DNA from: Oculina patagonica
Lineage: Eukaryota
Length of the DNA stretch: 64,000 nt
Direction of reading: 5' to 3'
NCBI RefSeq assembly: GCF_052425735.1
Contig: NC_135761.1
Location: forward strand, 59,768,001-59,832,000
Within the stretch, counting starts at the first letter, position 1. Each line of letters opens with the position of its first letter. Below are positions 49,851-63,402 of the stretch, in pieces. Both the position numbers and the translations under genes were made by a program. The notes beneath the pieces are model-generated. The model worked only from the letters and a program-made list of their open reading frames with translations, searched no databases and was not told where the DNA came from.

Positions 49851-52337
49851 TCAGTTATTGCGTGAGATTCCAAAACACTTTAGTTTTCCAAGAGTGTGGT
49901 TACCATGTTCGTTTTTGTAGTCGGTGTCTCCAAACCTGAGCTGCATCACGGGAAGGTGGGACTTGTTTGTCAACATACCGCTGTCCTCGCGCCACACAGC
50001 ATCATTTATGTCGCAGTTACACCCGTAACTGTTGTTTGCACAGGTTCCAGTTACTCCACATGCGCATTTGTAAGGAAAGCTGGAGTTGCTTCCTCCCCAA
50101 TACGTCATCTTATCTCCATCACGTGATACCCACCAGCCATACATCCCACCATTTTGTAAGAGCACTGAGGCATGACATTCGTACTTGATAAACTGCTCAC
50201 AGTGTGCAGATATGGCTGTTAGATTTCCCAATTGGTGAAGATTTGCCCCAGTGTACTGAACGTCACGACTGTAACAACCTTCTTTTTTGCATCCACTTAC
50301 CGGCGTTCTGTCTTCACTATCGTGACTGATGACTGTCACGCCAACCTTGCTCTTGTCAGTCATGTCACAGTCAACAGTGAAAGGTGTCACGCCTCCATCT
50401 CCATCAGGGTCGATGACGTAAGAACCACTTGTAGCTTTGGGATTGTGTGACTTAATCTTACTACAACTTTTATATACTGCAAGGAAGTTTGAAAAGTTTC
50501 TTAATATACTAAGCTATGTTTGGTTTTGGAAATAACATGATTTCTAAAGGATGTACAGATCAAAAGTCATTTTCAAACTTATAGGGCAGTAAAGCACTTT
50601 GCCGTTGAATTCAGTTCTCAGTTTACCTTCTTTATATTTCACTCGGGAGAATGGTGGTTACTAAGTTCCTTACAATGCTATTATGTGACTGGCTGAACAT
50701 TAGTCCCCCGACGTTTATGTTGTCTGTGGACTGTGATAATTTATTCCAATTTCCAAATATGGAATGAATTAAGTTTGTTTGTATCTAGCTACTATTATAT
50801 CCGTATATACGGTGATTCCAAATGCGACATGATTCATGATGTGGTTTAAATTTTTAACAGAAACCTTTTTATGGTGAAGAAATTATTCTACATGACACGA
50901 GCATGGGACAAAGAAAAAATCTGAGTCCCCGATGAGACAAAGAAAAAATCTGAGTCCCCGACGGGAATCGAACACATGGCCTCCCAGATACCGGTTGGGC
51001 GTTCTAACCAACTGAGCTACGTGAGACTCGCTGTGAGCTGGGCCATTTTTACTAGGTTGATAAGTGGCCCAGCTCACAGCGAGTCTCACGTAGCTCAGTT
51101 GGTTAGAGCGCCCAACCAGTATCTGGGAGGCCATGGGTTCTATTCCCGTCGGGGACTCAGATTTTTTCTTTGTCCCACGCTCGTGTCATGTAGAATAATT
51201 TCTTCACTACTTATCACCGAGCTTAAAATCTACCATCTTTATTATTTACAACCTTTTTATTTTGAGCAATTTGTTTAGCAACATTTGAAATATTTGGGGC
51301 AACTTTTCAGCAATTTACAATCACAATCTGGATAGGGTACTCGATAGGACAAGTAGTTTTTATGTTGTTCGAGAGAAGCTACACGTAGGTGCTAATCGTC
51401 ATATGGTCGCCTGAAAGCAAATGACAGCAGTCCTGGCCTGGGATTTTTTTATGGAGGAACAGGATTGAGTCTTTTCTAAAACAATTTCTAAGCAACTTTT
51501 AGGTATTTTTCAAAGCAACTTTTTCGCAATTTTCTAGCGCAATGTGGATTGAGAGCAACTTAGAAGCTAACTGCAGCTACGCGTAGGTGCTAGCCGTGGC
51601 ATGATGGCTTGCAATTGAAAGCTCATGACAGCAGTCACTGACCTGGGAGTTTTCATGTTAAAAATTAGTATTGAATTTCCTGGTGTTGTAGAATTCCCTA
51701 GACTTGTGTTAGAAATGCATGGGTATTGAGACATATGAAAGTATATCCCTCATACCTTTGTGTTCGCAGTGAATTCCATAATATTTCTTCTTGCAGTGAC
51801 AGCGATAGGAGTTCAATTCATATTCAGGAACACAGTCGGCACCGTTCTTGCAAGGATCGCTTTCACAGGGAGACTGAAAATAACGCACGAAAAGAAAAGT
51901 AATGGGGACTACTTTGTATTTGCAGTGAGGCTACAAACGAATTGAACTAGCTAAAAAGAGTGCAGACTAAATATGTTTTGCCTTACCCAAGGACTGTAAT
52001 GATGGAAGGAAGCATTGGCGTGAAACTTTTTAGTTGCTCTGTACTTGTCAGTGGCCAACAACTCACACAGACAAAGACCTTTCGAGTCAGGATACGCCGC
52101 CATGTTAAACGAATAACACTTTGGTTCACCAACACAAAGGAAAGCGCAATCTAACTGATCTACCACCATGGACCATGTTATATTCTCTACCCGTAAGTAG
52201 TGGAAGGGATTCTGCTTAAAGTTACCAAAAGAAATGTCGCCTGTTGGATTTCGATACAAAGCACTTTTTTCCATAGCAAACACCATCGCTATGTGAGCTG
52301 AATGAAGAAAAACGAGCAAAAGTAAAAAAAGCGCCAT
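49851..52337 (-). CDS. Secreted PAN/apple-EGF-fibrinogen-like protein, copy 3; 364 aa
   Basis: Exons 52337-51987, 51873-51756, 50476-49851; same motifs and phases as copy 2; open throughout. Confidence 0.88.
50874..51207. repeat. Palindromic pair of tRNA-like units in intron 2 of copy 3
   Basis: ~140-bp arms around a ~19-nt spacer; each arm has A/B boxes reading outward. Confidence 0.85.
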
Positions 52338-54401
52338 GACGGCGCGCGTGCCAAACACAAATTGTGAGGTTTGAATAAAAACGAAGAATAGAAAACTTGG
52401 CAAAGTTATTTCATGCTGAACGCCTGAATATGTCACCTATCAGATGTTGATTTATAGCCTTTTATTAGTAGTTTTTACGGCAACTAAATATGTGAAATGC
52501 ATCACGCAATGTAATGACCGACGAAGTACTTTGCGCTGTTAAAATACTTTAGTCAAGTCTTGACTTCGTTTTATAAAAAAAAAATTGAAATGTTACGTTG
52601 TTAATCCAAAGGATTCTGCGTTATTTTGAATAAAAGCGTCGTACTCTTCAATGTATATTTTAAAGTTTGAAATATGCAAACGTTCATTTGCCTTTGTTCT
52701 AATTAAATATTTATAACTTAAATGAAAGGACAAGCATTGGAATAAACCAATAAATAAAACTTATCACTCTCCTTTTTTTCTTCATTTATCACATTTTAAT
52801 TGCCCAGTGTGAAATACATAAACTAGATACGTGCCCCAACTCTATTTGAACAGCAAGCACTGTTCAGTGTTGTTCACAGACCAACACAATTGTCAATTAA
52901 ATTTTTAATTAACAATGCATTACAAAAGAAATCCTCAATTATTCATTCTAGTACGTCTTTCGTTTATGAATCGGTCATGTCTATAAATAACTTAAACTCA
53001 TTTAAACAGTTTTACCAAGCATACGGGCTCTCTGTTGCATAACGCTTATCACGTTGTGCTTTTCTTGTGCTTTTATAAAAAAAATGCTCTGATAAAAAGA
53101 AAGATTGAGACAGCACAGGGTATCTAACTTGTATTAAAATGTACGATCTCAAATCAAATTTAGTGACTGATATTTCACTGTGTACAATTTCGTATTTGTG
53201 ACAATTTACCAGGAATGTGTTAATTTGCAACAGTAGAGATTCCCTTGCTCTAATTTAGGAACGGCATTAAGACAATAATTCGAAGTTAAGAGAATTTTTA
53301 AGCTCGTCACTCAGTGTCGAATTCTAGTTCTTGTAGAATAAAAAATCAAGACACAGAAACAGGTTTTTCCAATACGTGATTATATTTGGGGATTTACCGC
53401 AGCTCAAGCAGTAAATATCATAGCTTGTGTTAGATACGGCTGCAAAACTAAATGACTCGAAAATAATCCGCAGACCAAGGCCGAAAGTAATTAATCAATA
53501 AATATATCTAAGTACTCTCTGAATATTTTAAGTGTTAAAATATAGATAGTACGAGCATCGTCCTTCAACGAGGAACAGTTTTGTCTTGCCAAGATGAAAG
53601 TTACTTGGATATAAAACTGTATACATTTCAACCGGAGTGAAGCCATTATTTTTTAAAGGGGAACGGCTGGAAGTGAATATTTTATTTACTTTGCTTTGAA
53701 GGGACTGTGTCACGGATTTAGCTAAATTAGGGCATGGAAAATGACCATCAAATTCATTGAGTTCATTGAAATATGAAAATAACCTCTTAACTGAATTAAA
53801 ACAGTGAAGGAACATTTCAATAACACACCAAATAGAAAACACCAAATTGATATTTTTGTTGGCTTTATTAAAGGTTTATAAGCAAAAGTAAATTCAATTA
53901 TTTACATGGTTTCTCGCCAAGGTCCTTCTGAAAGCCATATAAAAGACCCAATGAATGTATGTTAATAAATTCAAAACTAATTCAAACCGTCCGAAAAGTC
54001 AATGACCTGTTTCCACATGACTTCTCCAAGGTACCACTCAATTTAACTTTAAGATTTGCTTAATTATATTACATTTGTTATATGTAAATGTAGGCAAAAC
54101 TGTCTTCACATAATATAACAAATCACAACAATAAAAATCACTAACATCTGACCACCAATCGTTAACGATACGAAAGAACTAAGTTATCTTGTAAGTGAAT
54201 GTTATTAATTTAGGCGTTCGCTTAATTTACTAGCAATGTTAACTAACAAGCAAGCTGAAGTTGGACCAAACCGGTGTTTTATTACATTTAGAAAACTTAA
54301 TTTATGTAAAACTTTATTGCAATCCGAGCCGAACTGACAGGAATATTGCCATTCAATATTAAATGCGATGTTTAGTCAATAAGTCACGTGATTCAGTTCC
54401 T

Positions 54402-56326
54402 TTACATTCCGTAACACTTCAGTTTTCCAAGGGTGTGGTAACCTCGTTCATTAATTTTGTTCCGGACACCGACGTCTCCAAACCTGAGCTGCATCACGGG
54501 AAGATGGGACTTGTTTGTTAGCAAACCGCTGTCCTCGCGCCACACAGCATCATTTTTGTCGCAATTGCATCCATAGCTGGCGTCTGCGCATGTACCAGTA
54601 ACTCCGCATGCGCACTTATAGGGAAAGCTGGAGTTACTTCCTCCCCAATACGTCATCTTGTCTCCATCACGTGACACCCACCAGCCGTTCATGCTACCGT
54701 TTTTTACGAGCACTGAGTCATAACATTCATACTTGATAAACTGCTCACAGTGTGTAGATATGGCTGCTAGGTTTCCTATCTGATAGCGATTTGCCCCAAT
54801 GTACTGGATGTCACGTTTGTAACAGCCTGCAGAGTCACATCCCTGCACCAACGTTCTGTCTTCACTGTCGTGACTGATGACTGTCACGCCAACTTGATTC
54901 TTGTCAGTCATGTCACAGTCAACAATAAAAGGTGTCACGCCTCCTTCTTCATCAGGGTCGATGACGTAAGAACCACTTTGTGCTTTGGGACTCCGCAGTT
55001 TTATCTCACTGCAACTTTTATATTCTGCAAGGGAGTGTTGAAAAGTTTAAACCTATGTGTAGTTTTGAAAATGGCATTCCAGCAGTTTTACAGCTTAACA
55101 ACATTTTAGCAACTTTTGGGAATTTGAGCAACTCTTTGGCGAGCGATCAACTTCGAGCACGTTTTCCTAAAGCAATCATATTCAGCAATCATCAGGCTTC
55201 ACTGAACCCAAATATAGAATTCTGTTTTTAAATTAAGTTCTGAACATTTCCTGTTTGCAGTTGTGCACGTGATAATCATAGTACAAGAAATTTCTTTTTT
55301 TTTTTTGAAAAGAGAGGAGCACTGTGGCCTTTTGTGACATTGGGTGGCCTGTGGATTTTGGTAATTTATTTCAATTTTCTAAATATGGAATAAGGTGTTT
55401 CTGTGTTAAGCACCTACATAAGCCGCGGGCATGGAGAAGTTTGGAATAACGGTTATTTTAAGATGTAAAATGTGTATTGATGAAATAAGCTAGACATACA
55501 GTCCATATCTATGATTAGAAATGTCTAATTTTGAGAACACTTTTTAGATTTAATTTTTGGTAGCAACTTTTCCCTTTATTTTGTGCAATTTTTAGCAACT
55601 CCGTTTTAGGCATGTTGGGTGAGTTCCATTATAGCTTTACATGTTTAACACAACAGCATCCAATATGGCGCGCGGTCCTTATCTCGCTTATTTGGCACGT
55701 GTTCCCGAGAATCCCTCGTGAAATCGGAGTTGTGGAGGGGGAAAAAAAAAAAAAATTGTAAGCCCATACTGTGTTCGCAGTGAATTCCATTATATCCCTT
55801 CCTGCAGTGACAGCGATAGGAGTTCATTTCATATTCAGGAACACAGTCGGCACCGTTCTTGCAAGGATCGCTTTCACAAGGAGACTGAAAATAATGAACG
55901 AAAAGATAAGCAATAAACACTGCTTTGCAATTACAGCAAGACTTCAAATAACTCAAACTATGTCTATACACTATATCTTACCCATGGGCTGTAATGATGG
56001 AAGGTAGCATTGGCGTGAAACTTTTTAGTTGCTCTGTACTTGTCAGTGGCCAACAACTCACACAGACAAAGACCTTTCGAGTCAGGATACGCCGCCATGT
56101 TAAACGAATAACACTTTGGTTCACCAACACAAAGGAAAGTGCAATCTAACTGATCTGCCACCATGGACCATGTTATTTTCTTTACCCATAAGTAGTGGAA
56201 GGGATTTCGCTTAAAGTCGCCAACAGAGAAGTCGCCTGTTGGATTTCGATAAAGAGCACTTTTTTCCATAGCAAGCACCATCGCTATGTGAGCTGAAAGA
56301 AGGAACATTACTGAAAGTTGCGCCAT
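54402..56326 (-). CDS. Secreted PAN/apple-EGF-fibrinogen-like protein, copy 4; 360 aa
   Basis: Exons 56326-55982, 55884-55770, 55024-54402; same motifs and phases; open throughout. Confidence 0.88.
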
Positions 56327-56882
56327 AGCTCAGCGCGTGGCGTGTCAACCACAAAAGGCGAAGTTTGAATAAACACCAGGGATTGAAGAAGGCCTTTTAA
56401 AGCTATTTTCGTGTTTAATGCCTGAATATGACACATATATATAATTTATAGTTTTTAATTAGAAGTTATTAAGACAATTAAATATGACGGTGGAGTACGT
56501 GGGCGCCGTGGGCGCAAGTCTTGAAAATCGCGTCTTACATCTGTTTAAAAAAAAGTTGAAAGATTTCAAAAGTTTCAGAGTTTCAGAGTTTCAGAGTTTT
56601 TTAAATTCAATTTTAAGGTGCGGTTAATACTAATGATAAGCTTAACGTTAACGGTAATTTAATATTTATGACTCTTGATGTGTCGACGTGATGATAGTTG
56701 TTGCATTGCTGGGAAGTGTTTGTGAGCCTTGCGAATATTTAAAACCAGCATAAATTCTATTACTTTCCTGCGATTATATTTTTAGACTTTTTCTTTTTCT
56801 CGTCCGTGGGAGAAAAAAGGGTTAGAGGATTTTTTAAATAGTGCTGTAGTATGAAGACCATTCCTGTAAAATAAACAATGCT

Positions 56883-57250
56883 GGATTTTCACTGACGAGT
56901 ATTTTTCGCGCGTTACGTGCGTGAAAAAATTTAGAGATAATAGCGAAGCGCGCGGGCTCTAAAAAGACAGGCTCAAAAACATCAGCGCCTTCTGAGAGAA
57001 ATAGAAGGAATCTAGGCGAAGTTTCCGATTTGTCTAAGTGTCTAAGGAATACCGGCTGCTTTAGAAAATGTTTTAGGAAAATCGTCCGCCATTTCGGTTT
57101 GCTTGTCTGAGTATTGTCTGAGTCGTGACGTCACTCGCGCGCTTCTCTATTTATGAACGACTTGGGTAAACGTGCAAGCCGTTCATACCTTGTCTCTTAA
57201 GTTTTCCACGCACGTAAACGCACGTAAAAAAAAAAAACGCGTCAGTGGAT
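56883..57250. mobile_element. MITE (ggatttccactgacgcg family; short relative at ~10160-10245)
   Basis: Imperfect inverted ends cactgacg.g..ttttt..cgcg.ttacgtgcgtg / cacgcacgtaaacgc..aaaaacgcgtcagtg. Confidence 0.55.
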
Positions 57251-58013
57251 TAAATCTTTATCGGAATAAGTTACTAGCACGCAGCAGACAAAACATTCAA
57301 AAATTAAAAGTGAGAGAGGGAAAATGAATTTCACTTTGAAAACACGTCATGACCAACATAGATCGATGTTAATTCATTGAGGTGTTGCTTGCGCTCAAAA
57401 ATAAATGGGAAACTGCAAGGGTGCTCAAAAATGCATGCTCGTGCGCAAATAAGATAATGCAGTCGAGTATATAAGGACCTTTTGTAAAATTCTCAAAGAA
57501 AGAGCCTGCAATTGTTTACTTCGATAGAGATAATTATTCCATGTACGAAAAAAATCACGTATTAAATAATTAAAACCCTTGCGTACTAAGTAATGAAACG
57601 AACTTCTTAGAAAATATACCAACATGACCCGCAAATTTTATTTTCATAGCGCAAATCAGAAGTTTTTTTTTCAGACTGCTTGAAGGGAACGAATCAAAAC
57701 GAAATATCCTCTCTTGCAAAACGAAACGAATTTATAAAATAAATATAACAAACAAAGCTGAATTGTAATAAAAAGTTTTATGTGATGCCAAGTTAAAAAA
57801 AAAATGAAAAACAATAAATATTTTAATAGGGATATACCTGACATGCACGTTTTTTGTTTTTGTTTTTATGCTTCAAACAGCTCGGTTTGCGAAGTTATCA
57901 ATGACATACTTCCATTTTGACACAAATTTGTCTGCGTTACGTTTTACATATTTTCTTACGAAATCTATTGAGATTTTGACAAAGGCCGAGCTTTTCCCAT
58001 AATTTTAACAAAA

Positions 58014-60400
58014 GAATGAAAACCCAAGAAGACACTGAGTTGCTAGGCAACAGACCTATTCGCTTCCTGTGCCAAAGTTTTTCGCCAGTGTTAGGATCTA
58101 TAGGAAGTCCTTCCTTTCTTGGACAAATTACTATTTTATTCTTCCCAGAAGTAGGATTAAGTGGTGTTGTCGGGCAGTAATCAAACCAACGTTTACAAAC
58201 GCCAAACCCCTAACGAACTCAGAGAAAAAGGCTTCAATAATTTATTTCCAACGGCAAAATTATTCCACGCACGAGAATTAACCAAGCCATTAACAACGCG
58301 GGTGTTCCACCTTGCCATAAACATATTAATAATTAAAGCGCAGCTCAACTCCAGCTCAACTCCAACTCAATCCATTAACAAAACTTAACTGACGCCATTA
58401 ATTTTTTGGCGCAGTGAACTCCTTTATTAGGTATAAGTAAAAAATATAGGCGTTGGATTAGAGAACTAGAATCATACAATGAAGAACAACGTAATGCCTT
58501 TCAAAAATCGTCGATTATTCGAAAATAAATAATGATCTTCTGGTATGAGCGCCGTCCTTCAATGAGGAATAGTTTTGCCTATATATTCCATGAATGTTTT
58601 TTTACCAATGTTGCAATACCTGTTTGTTAAAAGCAAAACAATGGGCACCTTTGAATAAAGAGCTTAACACGAATAACGGTAATTTCTTAATTTTAAAATG
58701 TATGAAAATTAATCTTAATATTTCTTTTTTGTCCGTGAAATAGAATAGTTTGCCAGATAATACAAAAGTCCTGTAAAGGAAGCATAGAAAAATGCTACCA
58801 ATGGCCAAGGTATGACAATTATTCCATGTACGCGAAACCTTCACAGATAGAACGAACGAATGAAACCTAAGAAGTCACCGAGCTTGCGGCTGTCATCACT
58901 TAATTTGCTAGGCAACAGACGTATTCACTTCTTGTGCCAAAGTTTCCCGCCAATATCAGAATCTATGGCAGGTATCATTTTTTGGATGAGATACTCTTTA
59001 ATTCTTCCGAGAAGTAAGAACTGGCGGTGGTTTTCGAGTAATTTAGCCAATATTCACAAACGCCAAAAACTTCTAACTTTCCAAAGAAGGCGTCAAAAAT
59101 GTATTTCAAATTGCAACATTATTCTTTGCACGTAAACCAAGTCATTAACTACAGCGGATGTTCATCCTTTCCATAAACATATTTAATAATTAAAAACAGC
59201 AAGTCATCTCCAACTTAATTCCTTAGAAAAAATACTAAACAGTGGCCAATAATTCGGTACAGATTACCGCTTTAATAGATAGAAGCAAAAAATAGGCGTT
59301 AGATAATGGAACTCGAATCATGCAGTGAAAGAAAACGTAATGCCTTTCAGATATCGTCGTCTATTCGAAAATAAAGTCATCTGAATGTACAAGGACCGTC
59401 CTTTGATGAGGAAAAATTTAATTTGCCTCGTTTTTAAGTTATATTTCCAATTATATATTTCATGAATGCTTTTTACCAATGTTGCAATACCTGTTTATTA
59501 ATTAAACGCAGAAGAATTGGCTCTCTTGAATAAATAGTTAAACACGAATACTGAACAGTAATTTCTTAATTAATGTTCGAGAATATTTCTTTCTTGCCTG
59601 TATAGAACAGTTTGCCAAATATATAATAAAATAGTCCCTTAAAATTAGCAGCGAAAAATGCTACCTATGGCCTAGTTATAACAGTTATTCCATAGCCTTC
59701 AACCATGTTATGGACGAATGAACCCAAGAAGTCACTGAGTTTGCGATTGCCGTCACCTAAGTTGCTTTGCAACAGACGTATTCACTTCTTACACCAAAGT
59801 TTCCCGACAATATCAGAATCTATGGCAAGTTTTTTTCTTCTTGGACGAGTTACCCTTTATTCCTCCGAGAAGTAAGAAGTAGCGGTGGTTTGAGAGTAAT
59901 TTAACCAATAATAACAAACGAAAATATATAAACCCCTAACTTTCTTAAGAAAGAAGGCGTCAATAATTTATTTCAAGTGGCAAAATTATACTACGCACAC
60001 AAACCAAGCCATTAACTAGAGCGGATGTTCATCCTTACCATAAACATATTGTAATAATTAACGAATCATTACATGCAAAGCAAATTGATAAAGTTTACTT
60101 TCAGCGACTCCAGCTCCAGCTATTAGCAAAAATAAAATGCCTCCATTAGTTTTTTTGATAAAAGTACCCGGTTCATCAGGTAGAAGTTGAAAAAGGCAAC
60201 AGATAAGAAATTTGAAATTTATGCAATGATTAAAGAAGACTACTGCCTTTAAAAAATATTGAATACTATCCAAAAACCAAAAGTGTTTAAATATTGATAG
60301 TATGAGCACCGTCCTTCGACGAGAAACAGTTTTGCTTCTCCAAGACTAAAGTTACTTAGTGATAAAAACTACACACATTTTAACGGGGGTGGAACCAAGA
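58014..60400. repeat. Degenerate tandem array, three ~850-bp units
   Basis: Unit anchor gaatgaa.cc.aagaag.cac.gag at ~58014, ~58858 and ~59716. Shared ggcaacagac.tattc.cttc and ccgtcctt..a.gag.aa motifs. Confidence 0.75.
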
Positions 60401-60641
60401 TTTTTTATAGGGGAGTTATGGAGGTTTTTTTTTGGAACTTTACTTTACTGAAGAAGCCTTACGCTTATTCAATGAGTGAAATGTCTCGGTGAAAACGCCG
60501 ATCAAACACCAAAGAAAGATAGTTGTTGTATATAACTGTATCAGACTCGTGCCTAGTCGCTATTTACGTGTTTTGGGGGCGAGAGAAGATTGGATACTAG
60601 GGTGGACCACGACAACCCACGCGCCTCAATACACCTTAGTA

Positions 60642-61098
60642 CCGTAATGATTCGATTTAGCGCCCGGGGCGCTTATTTAGTTTTTGCACCGCAAGGGAGG
60701 GCGCTTATTCGAGACAGGGCGCTTATTCGGGTCGACAGGGCGCTTATTTAATTTTTTGAGAAACAACCAAATGTATCTATAACAATAACAGGAACTGTAA
60801 CAGTTAGAAATGGTTAAAAGTTCAGTAACTTTTAAAATAATTGTTCATTTTAACAGTAATATATATAATATATACATAAACTGTACGGTGAAAGGTCAGA
60901 AGTTTATCTAGTTGTCGTCAGTGACTTCAGTAGGGGCAGTTATCCACAATAGGGGCACTCATTAGAATAGGGGTGCTTATATGAATGGGGGCGCTAATAA
61001 GAATGGGGGCGCTTATTGGAATGGGGGCGCTTATTTACAAAAACACATTCGAAGGGGGGCGCCTTTTGGAAGGAGGGCGCTAAATCGAATCATTACGG
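60642..61098. mobile_element. Tc1/pogo-type MITE (TA TSD) nested in an older TIR element (~60542-61150)
   Basis: TA|CCGTAATGATTCGATTTAGCGCC ... GGCGCTAAATCGAATCATTACGG|TA with internal gggcgcttatt repeats. Confidence 0.88.
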
Positions 61099-63402
61099 TA
61101 CTCAATCTTCTCTAGACCCAAAAACAGGTAAACAGCGATTGGGTACGAATGTGCTACTGTATTGCTAATCTCGAAACGCATAAAAATGTAGCAATGTTTC
61201 CCTTTTTTAACGGGGCACAAAAGTGTCTGTTTTGCGAGGTTAACTTTGTATGAGAGCGTGTCACTTGGGACACGGAAAATTGTCCGTTGTCCGTGTTAAC
61301 CGGTGTCCATATAGAGTGGGTTAATGTAAGAGAAAATGTATTAGCTTCCCGTCAGGACAAACAAAACTGTCCGTAATAAGCGGGTGTCCGTAGTAACCGG
61401 GTTTCCTTACAGCGAGGTTTCGATGTGCAAGAAAATCAATCTTCCGAAAAATCCGACCCTAGAGAAGGGGAATCGTCATAAATCAGAAAGATTATGGCTA
61501 AACTTTTGCTAATGACCAAAACAAGACATAATAAACATGAATGAATGAATGAATGAATGAAGGCCTTAGTTAGAGTGTCAATATTATTTAGCTTATAAAA
61601 ACTAATTGGGGACGCTATTTCAATATTCAAACAAGGTTAAATAAATTATAAAAAAGCGGTTTATTTTGCAATATTTATTCGGTATTTAGACCTTTATAAT
61701 GTATTTACATTTTGAACCTTCTATCCTGAAAAGAATGCATAAAACGTTTACAGTAATAAAAAATGTGGTTTAGGATATACCACCACAGAATAATACAAAT
61801 GCTCTAAAACTGGGATTAAAGAAATTGATTTTAAATCTTTAACTTGATATCCTTCTACCAAACCATGTGGTTTAAAACAAAATTATGACTACAGCCAGTT
61901 TATAATGCCAACAGCCTTTGGCCAACCGTGACAATTCACGTGATTGTAAATATCTTCATCATCTTATAACAATTTGACCAGTCTGCTTTAATTGCCTTAA
62001 AATTATATAATTATATTTTAAATGAAAAAACGAAAGTGAGTTTATATTTTACACCTTTATTAAAAGGGTTCCATGAAACTTTCAATTTCCGCTACTCTCT
62101 CGAATCAGATCTCATTTTCCTAATCAGCGGTTGGTATTTGAAGTTATCTTTAAGGAAAAGCTATCTTTTTGGTTACCGTGGCTAAAAAGGCGCTGATTTA
62201 AGCAACTGAATTTCTTAAAGTGTCAGGGATAATTAATAATTTTTGTTTAAAGTTAAACAATCCTCTTTGGCAGTTAAGAATAGTTTAAAAAGGTGCTGAA
62301 TTAAATACCTTATAAGTTAAGGTTACTATTGTGAGCGGCTACTAATTTTAACGATTTTTTTCTAAGCAAGATTCAGCGACTATTAAATTAAGCTATTTTC
62401 CGAAAAATGCTTAAAAAATAGCGATATCGTGCAAACCGGATTTAAAACAACATATATCTAAGATGAAAATGAATGTTCAATAAACGAACAAACTTACTTG
62501 AAATTGAACGAAATTTGCATTGCCAGAAAGAACAATGTTACCAGTATTCTTTATTAAAATAGTTTTTCAAGTGGACTGTATTTTAGGGTGGGAGGGGGGG
62601 TACTTAAATTAACAAGTATTGAATTTCTCCGAGACAAATTTTAGCGAGTAATAACGATTTAATTAATAAATAGCCGCTCACAATAATAACCTAAAGGTAT
62701 ATGATTATTGGGGCCATGCACACAGCTTCAAGCTCTTGCTACAATGGGATAGCTTATTTTCAGGCACGGAACTCAAACAATAGAAATGAATATTATAAAT
62801 AAACATAACATTGTTCAACATCCCAGCTGGCCCGCGGAAGCAGGCCATGCCATTTGGCTATTATTTCGAATATTAATGTCGCGTTAAACTGTTCTGTTTA
62901 TAGTTAGAAGCCACCCTATAGAGGAAGCCGAAAGACATATCTCATCAACAGAATGATTCATTTCTCAGATTTCACAATGCGAACAAAAAAACAGAAAGTA
63001 CATTAGTTACAGTTTTATAGCTGTTGGCTACTTTAAAAAAGTATACGGGCACGAGAACGAAATAAAATTGTTGCTGAAATCAGTCCATTACAAGAGAATT
63101 TAAGAGCATATAAAAAAAATGTAAGTTCTTTATTTATTTTGAGAACCACAATAAAAGTATTTCAACAATTGAAAAATCCCAACCAAGCTAGTCTGTTATG
63201 AACCAAATAGCGTGTCCAATTTGTCACAATATAAACTCCATAAATTGTCTGATTTTAAGAAGCCATTTTTTCAACTTCTATTCACTTGGCAGAATTAGTA
63301 CTTTTGAGGTGTTCTGAAAGGCTAATAAAAGTTTAATAAGTGGATAAATTAACCTATTGTTTCCTTTGCATTTTTCTTGTTGTTAAAGTAGCCAGTGGCT
63401 TC

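Noticed and set aside
51081-51157. tRNA gene (also 12033-12110 and 41849-41925)
   Set aside because: A/B boxes are present but the anticodon arms are non-canonical and the units are embedded in repeat bodies; they are tRNA-derived repeats.
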